Source: a virus
Taxonomy: Duplodnaviria; Heunggongvirae; Uroviricota; Caudoviricetes
Strand: one strand, 5' to 3'
Length of the DNA: 16,955 nt
Virus record (IMG/VR): IMGVR_UViG_2740892423_000028
Coordinates: 1-16,955 of that record
This document shows, in pieces, positions 7,930 to 16,610 of the stretch. The translations under genes were made by a program, and so were the position numbers. A model generated the notes under the pieces. The model was given only the letters and a program-made list of their open reading frames with translations. It searched no databases and was not told where the DNA came from. How positions within the stretch are numbered: position 1 is the stretch's first letter; every line of letters begins with the position of its first letter.

Positions 7930-8464
7930 GCAGGCTCGCGAGGCTCTGGATGCCTGGGTATGCCGACCAGGAATGACGCAGGAGCAGGCGACGATATTAA
8001 TCACGGAAGCATTCTGGGCTCTGAAAGAACGCCCGAACATCGATGTTCATCGCGTCACGTTTGATGATGGCGCGGTTGATCAACGGGCGCTGGGCGTTAA
8101 CAGGGTGAAGATATTCGAACGCTGGAAAGCTATCGACACCAGGGATAAGCGTGAAAAATTCACGGCGCTGATTCCGGCAATTATGGAGGCTATCCGGATC
8201 AGCGATTTCAGGTTGTATTGTGAAATTACTGACGGAAAAAGCATTACGTACATGATCGCCGGGTTAAACAAAGAATATGGCGATGTGGTGGAGTCCGGGC
8301 TGCTTTTTGCGGATCCAGCTGTTGTGGAACGTGAGACTGACGAGCTTATAGAAAAAGCCATTGCTTTCAAGCGTGCGTATCGTCAGCAATACCAATATTA
8401 CTTTGCAGATAAACAAATGTCTGCCAGGGGTTCGTATGAGTATCGATGCACTACGATGGGCTAA
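7913..8464 (+). CDS. CII-like / YdaT-like protein
   Basis: 183-aa ORF overlapping the cro-like gene end; positional analogue of Rac ydaT and lambda cII. Confidence 0.6.
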   Translation: MIFTPEQAREALDAWVCRPGMTQEQATILITEAFWALKERPNIDVHRVTFDDGAVDQRALGVNRVKIFERWKAIDTRDKREKFTALIPAIMEAIRISDFRLYCEITDGKSITYMIAGLNKEYGDVVESGLLFADPAVVERETDELIEKAIAFKRAYRQQYQYYFADKQMSARGSYEYRCTTMG

Positions 8465-9890
8465 AAAGGTGAAAACCGGCAGTTCATCCAGTAAGTCAGT
8501 ATTGACCTGGCTTGCTGATATGTGCGGTGCCGATTTGTGTGCATACCCGTCTGTATCTGCACTGGCAGAAGTAACGGAGCTGAACAAAAAGACTGTGCAG
8601 GACAGCTTACGACACCTGATGGAGATTGGGTTAATTGTTGATACCGGTGAGAGAAAAGGCCGAACAAAGCAAATCGTAGTGTACCGACTTATCGGTGTAG
8701 AAGAAAGCGTTGCCGAGCCTGAATACACCCAAAAACGGGAGTCTTTAAAGGTGGGTAAAATTGGTACTGTTAATAAAAACAGTACCGAAAATGGTTATGT
8801 TTCAGCACAAAACAGCCCCAAAAACGGAACTCTTAGCTGCATGGAAAATAACCAAAGACACCCAAATTTTCCATCAAAGACACCCAAAAACGGATCACGG
8901 AACCCAAAGGAACCCAAAGATCTAAACCCCACACATAATGCACGCGAGAGTGCTCCGACCAGTGAGCAGGAAGTTTTGTCGTTACAGGCAGTGCCACCCG
9001 TATTCCTGGATGGCCTGAGCGAACCCATCGGAAAATTTCCGATGACCGATAGCTGGCATCCGTCACGGGATTTTCGACGACGGGCTGCGGTGTGGGGGAT
9101 GGCTTTGCCGGAGCCGGAATTTACACCTGCTGAACTTGCCGCCTTCCGGGACTACTGGGCAGCGGAGGGGAAAGTATTTACGCAGGTTCAGTGGGAGCAG
9201 AAATTCGCCCGTCACGTAAATCACGTCAGGGCGCAGGTTAAACCAGTCAGCAAGGGGGTGAGCCATGCAGCCGCACCAGGTGGCACCGCATCACGGGCAG
9301 TTCAGGAAATTCGGGCAGCACGTGAGCAGTGGGAACGTGAAAATGGATTTATCAGCGACGGAAACGGCGTGGAAGCTGTGGGAACTCATGGGGGAGGTTT
9401 ATTCGAACCGCTGGACCCAGAAGAACGGGGCCGCACCTNNNNNNNNNNGCTGGTCTGCCGCCAGTGCATGGACCGTTGCAGGGCAGGTGAAACATGGCCT
9501 CCGGACTTGGCTGAGTTTGTGGCGCTGATTTCGGAGAGCGGGGCAAATCCATTTGGTCTGACGGTGGATAACGTGATGGAGGAGTACCGACGCTGGCGCA
9601 ACGAGTCCTGGCGATACGACGGAAGCGATAAATACCCGTGGTCTCAGCCTGTGCTGTATCACATTTGTCTCGAGATGCGTTCAAAGGGGATTGAGCGCCA
9701 GATGACCGAAGGGGAGTTAAAACGGCTTGCAGAACGGCAACTGGCGAAATGGGCAAAGCATGTTGGTAACGGACTGAGTGTTCCACCCGTCCGTAGGCAA
9801 CTGGCAGCACCCATACGTCCTGCGGGACCAACGCCAATTGAGTTGCTGAAACAGGAATATGAACGCAGGAAAGCGGCAGGTTTTGTTTGA
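8436..9890 (+). CDS. Replication initiation / replisome organizer protein (N-terminal HTH, DnaT-like C-terminal region); interrupted by an assembly gap
   Basis: Starts at the ATG at 8436 overlapping the upstream stop (MSIDALRWAKKVKTG...); contains the N run 9439-9448, so the true length and frame continuity are unknown. Confidence 0.75.
   Translation: MSIDALRWAKKVKTGSSSSKSVLTWLADMCGADLCAYPSVSALAEVTELNKKTVQDSLRHLMEIGLIVDTGERKGRTKQIVVYRLIGVEESVAEPEYTQKRESLKVGKIGTVNKNSTENGYVSAQNSPKNGTLSCMENNQRHPNFPSKTPKNGSRNPKEPKDLNPTHNARESAPTSEQEVLSLQAVPPVFLDGLSEPIGKFPMTDSWHPSRDFRRRAAVWGMALPEPEFTPAELAAFRDYWAAEGKVFTQVQWEQKFARHVNHVRAQVKPVSKGVSHAAAPGGTASRAVQEIRAAREQWERENGFISDGNGVEAVGTHGGGLFEPLDPEERGRTXXXXLVCRQCMDRCRAGETWPPDLAEFVALISESGANPFGLTVDNVMEEYRRWRNESWRYDGSDKYPWSQPVLYHICLEMRSKGIERQMTEGELKRLAERQLAKWAKHVGNGLSVPPVRRQLAAPIRPAGPTPIELLKQEYERRKAAGFV
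9439..9448. other. Assembly gap (10 N)
   Basis: Run of exactly 10 n inside the replication gene. Confidence 0.95.
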
Positions 9891-9919
9891 GTTGATAAGT
9901 AATTTTACCGGGAGGGTTT

Positions 9920-10315
9920 ATGGCGAAACCTTTTACACCCGAACAGCGGGAAGAGCTGAAGGCACGAATTATCGGATTGGTACGCAAAAATGGACGCATG
10001 ACGATGTCGCAACTGGAGAGAGCGACGGGAGCAGGCTGGCATTCGGTCCGACGCTGCCTTGTGGATGTACTGGCTTGTGGTGATTTATACATGTCCGGGG
10101 AATACGGTGTTTTTGCATCAGAGCAGGCGTATCGTGAATGGCGTAAGACACCGGAGAAAACAACTGACCAGACGCTGATTCGGAAGTTACCAGACGGAGA
10201 GATACGCCGCTACGACAGGAGCCAGAACATAATCTGTCGCGAGTGCCGGAAGAGTGAGGTTATGCAGCGAGTGCTGGCGTTTTATCGGGGAAACTTTCAG
10301 GAGGTGATGGGGTGA
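9920..10315 (+). CDS. Hypothetical protein, possible winged-helix N-terminal domain
   Basis: 131-aa ORF with a GGGAGGG RBS; first gene of a translationally coupled block. Confidence 0.55.
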   Translation: MAKPFTPEQREELKARIIGLVRKNGRMTMSQLERATGAGWHSVRRCLVDVLACGDLYMSGEYGVFASEQAYREWRKTPEKTTDQTLIRKLPDGEIRRYDRSQNIICRECRKSEVMQRVLAFYRGNFQEVMG

Positions 10316-10611
10316 GGGTGAGAGTCTATATCGCCGGTCCAATGACCGGGTATAAAAATTTCAACCGTGAGGCGTTCCACAATGCGGAAGAGGAACTGAA
10401 ACGGGAAGGGCATACAGTCTTAAGCCCGGCAGTACTTCCGGACGGGCTGACACAGCCACACTACATGGATATTTGCATGGCAATGATTCGTTGTGTGGAT
10501 GCGATTTACATGCTGAAAGGCTGGCAGCGGTCAGCAGGTGCTAAGGCAGAACTGGCACTGGCGGAGAAACTGGGGCATGCAGTTATTTTCCAGGAGGCAA
10601 ACAGTGAGTAA
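10312..10611 (+). CDS. DUF4406-like / nucleoside 2-deoxyribosyltransferase-like small protein
   Basis: 99 aa starting MRVRVYIAGPMTGY...; GTG start overlapping the upstream stop (GTGA), CAGGAGG RBS; the YIAGPM-type N terminus is typical of the deoxyribosyltransferase-like fold. Confidence 0.6.
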   Translation: MRVRVYIAGPMTGYKNFNREAFHNAEEELKREGHTVLSPAVLPDGLTQPHYMDICMAMIRCVDAIYMLKGWQRSAGAKAELALAEKLGHAVIFQEANSE

Positions 10612-11068
10612 CCAATGGCGACCAGATATTTGTCCTATAACCGGACGTGCATTTTTCATGTGGATTGAGCATCCGAAATTGGGCAATGTGCCGACGTATG
10701 GCGGCCCATTAGACAGTTACACCATTCCAACAAAGGACAGCGATGGTGAGTTTTCGTGTGAGCGTTACGATCATGATTTCGGTGGCTGGGTAGAAAGCGA
10801 ATGTCTTGGGTTATATCTGATTGATGATAAAGAACAATGCAGAGTCTACGAACTCGAGGAACGCATTAAAGAGCTGGAAGCGCGGGAAGTTCATTTGCCG
10901 ACTCGCTACGGCCTTCGATATGGACATCCGATAAATGATGATGAGCGCCACGTCATGATACCTAAAGAAAATGGCTGCTGGCTTTATCTGGCTGACTTAG
11001 AACATGAACTACGTGTTGCTGGCATTCATATCAAAGGAGAGGAGTATGGAAATAAAACCAGAAGATGA
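10604..11068 (+). CDS. Hypothetical phage protein
   Basis: GTG at 10604 with an AGGAGG RBS 6 nt upstream; overlaps the previous gene by 8 nt; the ORF-track start at 10538 is probably too far upstream. Confidence 0.5.
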   Translation: MSNQWRPDICPITGRAFFMWIEHPKLGNVPTYGGPLDSYTIPTKDSDGEFSCERYDHDFGGWVESECLGLYLIDDKEQCRVYELEERIKELEAREVHLPTRYGLRYGHPINDDERHVMIPKENGCWLYLADLEHELRVAGIHIKGEEYGNKTRR

Positions 11069-11402
11069 GTTAAGTAATATTGTTTTATTTCCGGCAAAAG
11101 AGGATGACCCACGTAATCAGGTTAATTTTCTTTATGAGCCATCGGAAAGACCATATTGCCATCACGCCTCTGTCCGGGTTGACGAAAAAGAGCGTCAGGT
11201 CCGCTGTAAAATCTGCGGTGCAGTTGTGGAGCCGTTTGACTGGATGCTCTCAGTGGCGAAAAGAGAAACCAGACTGGCAGATGATGTAAGGCTATTGCGC
11301 CAGGAGGAACAGGAAAGACGGAAAAATATAGAAAAGTTAATTCAGATTGAGCGTAACGCGAAAGCGCGGATACGCAGGGCGACAAAATCCAGAACTGAAT
11401 AA
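11046..11402 (+). CDS. Hypothetical zinc-ribbon protein with a basic coiled-coil tail
   Basis: ATG at 11046 with a GGAG RBS; CHH...CKIC motif; the ORF-track entry starts at 11004. Confidence 0.55.
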   Translation: MEIKPEDELSNIVLFPAKEDDPRNQVNFLYEPSERPYCHHASVRVDEKERQVRCKICGAVVEPFDWMLSVAKRETRLADDVRLLRQEEQERRKNIEKLIQIERNAKARIRRATKSRTE

Positions 11403-11452
11403 ATAAATTTAGCACTGTAAATAAAATCAAATCCTTAACTGGAGGTATATCT

Positions 11453-11665
11453 ATGTTAAATACACAGAAAACCATTAATGCGGAAAAATATAACGAGTGG
11501 GTGAGGAAATTTTCTGAGCAGATTTTTAAAATTACTGGCGACGAGAATGCGGCAAAAAATGAATTAGAGCCGTGGACACCTGAAGGAGCCGACCCAAATT
11601 ATTGCTGGTGGGATGTTGATCCAGTTGATGCTGCAAATGAAGCTATGAGTTATCACAACGATTAA
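11453..11665 (+). CDS. Hypothetical small protein
   Basis: 70-aa ORF with a GGAGG RBS. Confidence 0.5.
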   Translation: MLNTQKTINAEKYNEWVRKFSEQIFKITGDENAAKNELEPWTPEGADPNYCWWDVDPVDAANEAMSYHND

Positions 11666-11697
11666 TGTCAGGGGGCCGCCCGAAAGGGCGGTAAGAA

Positions 11698-11916
11698 ATG
11701 ACTACATTATTCAGAAAAAAATATCCGCGAAAAAGTAGAGCGACAGAATTTCTGTTTCTCATTCTGTTTATCGTATTGATGATACCGATATCCCCTTTAA
11801 TTCTGGTATGGGGAATCGGAAAAGTAATTGAGCCCGTTATTGAATTGTATAACGACGTTGTATGGGCCCCGTTCAACGCACTGCACAATAAAATTAATCC
11901 ATATAAGGAAAACTGA
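11698..11916 (+). CDS. Hypothetical small membrane protein
   Basis: 72 aa with one strongly hydrophobic segment (FLFLILFIVLMIPISPLILVWGIG). Confidence 0.5.
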   Translation: MTTLFRKKYPRKSRATEFLFLILFIVLMIPISPLILVWGIGKVIEPVIELYNDVVWAPFNALHNKINPYKEN

Positions 11917-11917
11917 A

Positions 11918-12295
11918 ATGACCATTACCACAAAAGAGCAGCAGAGATACAGTAAACAAGATTTAGGAGACGCTCTGGATTTTTATCTTTTTGAAGGTGA
12001 TTTTGGTGCGCCATTCGATATTGAGTTATCGAATAAAATCGTTACCTCTCGCGGTGAATATACATGCCACATATGCGCCGGAAAAATCTCAAAGGGTGAA
12101 ATACACCGCAGCACAACATGGAAATTTGATGGCGAGCTTATGTCCTATAGATGCTGCAATGAGTGCTGTGTAGCGATGGTTAAAAGCGTCAATTATGAAT
12201 ATGAAGACAAAGACCCGGTAGAAGCACGTTATGCGCTTGGGGGAGAGCGCAGGAGAGCAAAACCGCTGGAAAAATCACTGTTATATGCGCACTAA
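11918..12295 (+). CDS. Hypothetical Cys-rich (zinc-finger-like) protein
   Basis: ATG at 11918 directly after the upstream stop; CHIC...CCNECC motifs; the ORF-track entry starts at 11828. Confidence 0.55.
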   Translation: MTITTKEQQRYSKQDLGDALDFYLFEGDFGAPFDIELSNKIVTSRGEYTCHICAGKISKGEIHRSTTWKFDGELMSYRCCNECCVAMVKSVNYEYEDKDPVEARYALGGERRRAKPLEKSLLYAH

Positions 12296-12306
12296 AGGAG
12301 ACTGAT

Positions 12307-12516
12307 ATGGCTATTGCCGCAAGTTACACCATGCATCTCTATTGTGACTGCCGCCAGTGTACGGAAGGTGTATATCCAGTGCCAGACTTCGGTGAGTATA
12401 TCGGTACGTCATGGTCTGGTTGTGCAAAAGAAGCCCGTAAAGACGGGTGGCGAATAAGTAAAGACAAAACACGTGCTTTTGCGCCCGGGCATAAAGTTTT
12501 GAGGATTAACAAATGA
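12307..12516 (+). CDS. Hypothetical small Cys-containing protein
   Basis: 69-aa ORF with an AAGGAG RBS. Confidence 0.5.
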   Translation: MAIAASYTMHLYCDCRQCTEGVYPVPDFGEYIGTSWSGCAKEARKDGWRISKDKTRAFAPGHKVLRINK

Positions 12517-12935
12517 CCACTACTACCAGAGAAAACGCGGAAATTAAATCATTCATCACTGGTTTCCTGAGCGACCCGGCGCACGATAACCAATCTTCAA
12601 GCAGCCTGCTTGCCAATGTGTTTCGTATCGCGCTGGCATCGCTGGAAGCAGAACCAGTTGCATGGACTGATGACGAGGAACTGCGAGATGTTGAGCAAAT
12701 TGGTTTAGGTTATTTATTACCTTGTCCTCCAGATAAATACGCAGACCCGCGTCGTGTAATTCCGCTGTATCGTGTGCCGCCAGCTCCCACAGTGCAGGCA
12801 CAGGGAATTGAGATCGCAATAAACGAACTGGTGTCTCTGTCCCCACAGCTGGATAAACGAGCGGTGGAAACTCTTTCTATGGCTGTGGCACATCTACGTA
12901 AACTGGTTAAGAAGCAGTTGCAGGTTAAGGAATGA
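12513..12935 (+). CDS. Hypothetical protein sharing an N-terminal module with the next gene
   Basis: 140 aa; contains RIALASLEAEPVAW ... PLYxxPPA; start overlaps the upstream stop (ATGA). Confidence 0.55.
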   Translation: MTTTTRENAEIKSFITGFLSDPAHDNQSSSSLLANVFRIALASLEAEPVAWTDDEELRDVEQIGLGYLLPCPPDKYADPRRVIPLYRVPPAPTVQAQGIEIAINELVSLSPQLDKRAVETLSMAVAHLRKLVKKQLQVKE

Positions 12936-12938
12936 CAC

Positions 12939-13682
12939 ATGAACGCTATCACCAAAGAACGTATTGAATTGTTCATTAAAAATCCGCTTGAAAACGGGCT
13001 TACTCGTAGCGAACAAATGGAAGTGGCACGGATTGCTCTGGCATCACTGGAAGCAGAGCCAGTGGCGTGGAAGGCAACCTTCACGCAAATTGACAATGAA
13101 TATAATACGTTCACTGCTCTGTATTCTGACAAAGTAGAAGCCGAACGGTGGGTGCGACTGCATGAAATAGGTGACTTTCGGGCAGAAATAACACCACTTT
13201 ACGCAGCGCCGCCAGCACAAGTGTTACCGAACGATGGGGTTGAGCTACTGGAAGAATTCGTCTGGACTGGTGAGGAATGGAGCGTGCCATTAACTGGCTC
13301 TGAACCAGAGGATGATGTCCCTGAATCGTTCTCTGCGAGTATCAGTGTTAGTTGTGCTGATGATGTTGAGGTGTGGGTATCAGTGCCGCCGTATATGATA
13401 ATTCCCTACATTGAAGGTGATCAGGATGAGGATTTATTTGATACGTGTGCTGGAGCATTACGTATATCGTTTCTGGATTTGCTAAAGGCGTATACAAGTT
13501 CGTGCATCAGAGAGGATGCGGGGGATGGTGTTTTATACATGGCTAATTTTTTCGAGAGAATGTCGAAAAGTCTTCGTAAATTTTATGGCACCCTTCCACA
13601 GGAGGAAATAGCTGCTGCGAAGGTGGATGTTGATCTGGTCATCCCGTGGGAGCGGGGAGGTCATGAGGAGGGGGATAAGTGA
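12939..13682 (+). CDS. Hypothetical protein with the same N-terminal module and an acidic C-terminal extension
   Basis: 247 aa; contains RIALASLEAEPVAW ... PLYAAPPA; AAGGAA RBS. Confidence 0.6.
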   Translation: MNAITKERIELFIKNPLENGLTRSEQMEVARIALASLEAEPVAWKATFTQIDNEYNTFTALYSDKVEAERWVRLHEIGDFRAEITPLYAAPPAQVLPNDGVELLEEFVWTGEEWSVPLTGSEPEDDVPESFSASISVSCADDVEVWVSVPPYMIIPYIEGDQDEDLFDTCAGALRISFLDLLKAYTSSCIREDAGDGVLYMANFFERMSKSLRKFYGTLPQEEIAAAKVDVDLVIPWERGGHEEGDK

Positions 13683-13972
13683 GCTGGCCTGAAGCATTCA
13701 CAACGGTAGGAATTGCGATGGCGGTGGCGCTGGTGGTGTATTCGATTTGCCGATGGGGATAAAAACGGTTTGCGGGAAAAGGAGAGTTAAGTAGAATTGC
13801 TGCGGGTGCTTGAGGCTATCTGCCTCAGGCATGAACACCAAAAGGCAGATAGAGAAAAGCCCCAGTTAACATTACGCGTCCTGCAAGACGCTTAACATTA
13901 ATCTGAGGCCAATCCATGCTGAACACATGTAGGTTAGCCTCTTACGTGCCGAAAGGCAAGGAGAAGCAGGCT

Positions 13973-14102
13973 ATGAAGCAGCAAAAGGCGATGTTAATCG
14001 CCCTGATTGTCATCTGTTTAACCGTCATAGTGACGGCACTGGTAACGAGGAAAGACCTCTGTGAGGTACGAATCCGAACCGGCCAGACGGAGGTCGCTGT
14101 CT
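13973..14102 (+). CDS. hok: Hok/Gef-family type I toxin (HokD-like), 3' end lost in an assembly gap
   Basis: MKQQKAMLIALIVICLTVIVTALVTRKDLCEVRIRTGQTEVAV... matches my recall of HokD/RelF; AAGGAG RBS; the last ~9 codons fall in the N run 14103-14112. The ORF-track read-through to 14143 is an artefact. Confidence 0.8.
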
Positions 14103-14112
14103 NNNNNNNNNN
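14103..14112. other. Assembly gap (10 N)
   Basis: Run of exactly 10 n inside the hok gene. Confidence 0.95.
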
Positions 14113-14174
14113 AGGCGAGGGAGAAATCCCTCGCCACCTCTGATGAGTCAGGCATCCTCAACGCACCCGCACTT

Positions 14175-14201
14175 AACCCGCTTCGGCGGGTTTTGTTTTT
14201 T
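14175..14201 (+). terminator. Intrinsic terminator at the 3' end of the hok transcript
   Basis: AACCCGC-TTCG-GCGGGTT hairpin followed by TTTGTTTTTT; preceded by a perfect 9-bp GAAA-loop hairpin at 14114-14135. Confidence 0.6.
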
Positions 14202-14273
14202 CCTGGCATTCTGGTTTACAATTCGCACGTCAGCCTGAACACCTGACACCTGCTGCGCCAGCAGAGAAAACAG

Positions 14274-14546
14274 ATGGCGCACAAAACCAAATTTCACAAT
14301 TCTGATACCGACCTTGCCATCCGGCATGGGCGGCGTTCACACGCATTCAAATATGACTGGTATCAGCACGATCCCTGCACTGAAGAACAGGCCGAATGGC
14401 TGATTCAGAACTACCGCAGACGTGGGTATGAGTTTAGGAAAGCCCTCAGCCTCGATTATCGTCACTGGATAATCTACGTCAGACTCCCTTATTCCGAACG
14501 CCCACCGCGTCCGTCCCGCACATTCCAGCAACGCATCTGGAGGTAA
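14274..14546 (+). CDS. Hypothetical protein in the position of Qin rem
   Basis: 90-aa ORF whose stop lies immediately before the DUF968 gene start; weak RBS. Confidence 0.45.
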   Translation: MAHKTKFHNSDTDLAIRHGRRSHAFKYDWYQHDPCTEEQAEWLIQNYRRRGYEFRKALSLDYRHWIIYVRLPYSERPPRPSRTFQQRIWR

Positions 14547-14547
14547 C

Positions 14548-15597
14548 GTGCGGGTATTGCTTCGACCTGTTCCGGTACCGGAACTTGGGGTGGTTATCGT
14601 TAAGCCAGGTCGTGAATCCATGCAGGTATTCCATAACGGCAGAGTGCTGGTTGAACCGGAGCCAAAAAGCATGCGCGGTCTGCCGTCCGGAGTCGTTCCT
14701 GCCGTTCGCCAGCCGCTGGCGGAAGATAAATCATTACTGCCATTTTTCAGCAACGAACGGGTGATTCGTGCTGCTGGCGGCGCTGGTGCACTGTCTGACT
14801 GGCTGTTGCGTCATGTCAAATCCTGCCAGTGGCCTCATGGCGACTACCATCACAGTGAAACCGTCATACATCGTTACGGTACCGGCGCGATGGTGTTGTG
14901 CTGGCACTGCGACAACCAGCTGCGTGACCAGACATCCGAATCACTCGAGCAACTTGCTCATCAAAACCTGTCAGCATGGATGATTGACGTCATCGGTCAC
15001 GCAATAAGCGGTACGCAGGAGCGTGAATTATCTCTGGCTGAATTATCCTGGTGGGCGGTCCGCAATCAGCTGGCGGACGCGCTACCGGAGGCAGTATTAC
15101 GTCGTTCTCTGGGGTTACGTGCGGAAAAAATCCGCTCGGTGTACCGCGAAAGCGACATCATACCGGGAGAGCAGACCGCCACCAGCATACTGAAGCAGCG
15201 CACAAAAAATCTTGCGCCGTTGCCTCACATCCACCAGCAACAGAACGCACCACAGGAAAAGACGGTGGTCAGCATTGCCGTAGATCCGGAGTCTCCGGAA
15301 TCTTTCATGAAGCGACCTAAACGTCGCCGTTGGATAAATGAGAAATACACGCGCTGGGTGAAGACACAGCCGTGTGCGTGTTGTGGTAAGCCAGCCGACG
15401 ATCCCCATCACCTGATTGGTCATGGTCAGGGCGGAATGGGGACAAAATCCCACGATATTTTCACGCTACCGCTGTGCCGGGAGCATCACAACGAACTTCA
15501 TGCGGATCCGCTGGCGTTCGAAGAAAAGCATGGTTCTCAGGTTGATTTAATTTTTCGTTTTCTTGATCACGCCTTTGCAACCGGTGTGCTCGGGTAA
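14548..15597 (+). CDS. DUF968 (YdfU-like) protein with a C-terminal HNH-like Cys/His motif
   Basis: 349 aa; GTG start with a GGAGG RBS; CACCGKPADDPHHLIGHG...CREHHNELH. Confidence 0.75.
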   Translation: MRVLLRPVPVPELGVVIVKPGRESMQVFHNGRVLVEPEPKSMRGLPSGVVPAVRQPLAEDKSLLPFFSNERVIRAAGGAGALSDWLLRHVKSCQWPHGDYHHSETVIHRYGTGAMVLCWHCDNQLRDQTSESLEQLAHQNLSAWMIDVIGHAISGTQERELSLAELSWWAVRNQLADALPEAVLRRSLGLRAEKIRSVYRESDIIPGEQTATSILKQRTKNLAPLPHIHQQQNAPQEKTVVSIAVDPESPESFMKRPKRRRWINEKYTRWVKTQPCACCGKPADDPHHLIGHGQGGMGTKSHDIFTLPLCREHHNELHADPLAFEEKHGSQVDLIFRFLDHAFATGVLG

Positions 15598-15609
15598 AAG
15601 AGGTTACTG

Positions 15610-15969
15610 ATGCGTATAGAGTTTGTTTTGCCTTACCCGCCGACGGTGAACACCTACTGGCGTCGTCGTGGCAGCACATATTTTGTATCAAAAGCCGGTG
15701 AGCGTTATCGCCGGGATGTGGCACTTATTGTTCGCCAGCAGCGACTGAAATTAAACCTGTCCGGAAGGCTGGCGATAAAGATCATTGCAGAGCCGCCGGA
15801 TAAGCGCCGTCGTGACCTGGACAATATTCTGAAAGCACCACTGGATGCACTGACACATGCGCGGTTGCTTATCGACGACGAGCAGTTTGATGAAATCAAT
15901 ATTGTGCGCGGTCAGGTCGTTCCTGGTGGTCGGTTGGGCGTGAAGATTTACAAAATTGAAAGTGAGTGA
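15610..15969 (+). CDS. rusA: Holliday-junction resolvase RusA
   Basis: 119 aa; PYPPTVNTYWRRRG ... DKRRRDLDNILKAPLDALTHARLLIDDEQ matches the RusA family signature; AAGAGG RBS. Confidence 0.9.
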   Translation: MRIEFVLPYPPTVNTYWRRRGSTYFVSKAGERYRRDVALIVRQQRLKLNLSGRLAIKIIAEPPDKRRRDLDNILKAPLDALTHARLLIDDEQFDEINIVRGQVVPGGRLGVKIYKIESE

Positions 15970-15977
15970 GCGTAAAT

Positions 15978-16532
15978 ATGATATACCCGGAAATTACAGG
16001 CAAAAGCGGTGAGCATTTACGCCTGAAAACGCTGGAAAGTGTCTGGCTCCAGGGAAAACTGCGTATGTGGGGGCGTTGGTCGTATATTGGCGGCGGTAAG
16101 ACGGGAAATATGTTCAACCAATTACTGACCTCTAAAAAGCTGACAAAAACGGCAATTAACGAGGCGCTCCGGAGGATGAAAAAAGCGGGTCTGGACAAAC
16201 CTGAACTTGAGGCTTTTTTGCGAGAGATGATCAATGGTAAGCAAAAGAGCTGGCTGGCGCATTGTACCGATTCAGAGGCGTTAATAATCGACAGGGTTAT
16301 TGGTGAAGCCCTGGCCGGTTATCCCGGGCTGCTCAATGTCCTGAGTCAGCGTTATGTGGGGCGGGGGATGACTAAGCGCAAAATGGCTGAACTGCTGAAT
16401 GATGCACACCCGGAATGGAGTTTAAGAACCTGTGAAAGACGCATTGAGCATTGGCTAAAGGTGGCAGAATTTATTTTGTACAAACCAATGGTTATGGCTT
16501 TTGGTATAGAGAAAAAAGTTATTGCTTTTTGA
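15978..16532 (+). CDS. Q-like late antitermination protein
   Basis: Position downstream of rusA and upstream of a strong terminator; WGRWSYIGGGKTGNMFNQLL segment recalled from Q-family proteins. Alternative GTG start at 15966 overlaps the rusA stop. Confidence 0.6.
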   Translation: MIYPEITGKSGEHLRLKTLESVWLQGKLRMWGRWSYIGGGKTGNMFNQLLTSKKLTKTAINEALRRMKKAGLDKPELEAFLREMINGKQKSWLAHCTDSEALIIDRVIGEALAGYPGLLNVLSQRYVGRGMTKRKMAELLNDAHPEWSLRTCERRIEHWLKVAEFILYKPMVMAFGIEKKVIAF

Positions 16533-16610
16533 CGTAAAAACTGCTTCAATGCCGGTACGCTTCGCAAAGCTGTACCGCGAGGCGAATAGCAGACATGGAC
16601 ATTTGAAAGA

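Noticed and set aside
9352-10092. 246-aa minus-strand ORF
   Set aside because: It is antisense to the replication gene and reads through the N gap; a gap-dependent artefact.
11676-11691. CCGCCC-GAAA-GGGCGG hairpin considered as an intrinsic terminator
   Set aside because: No U tract follows, and the next gene's ATG is 7 nt downstream; more likely a stability or processing hairpin inside an operon.
13916-14143. ORF-track 75-aa reading frame across the hok gene and the gap
   Set aside because: The upstream extension precedes the RBS-supported hok start, and the downstream part is read through 10 N; the real hok product is expected to be about 51 aa.
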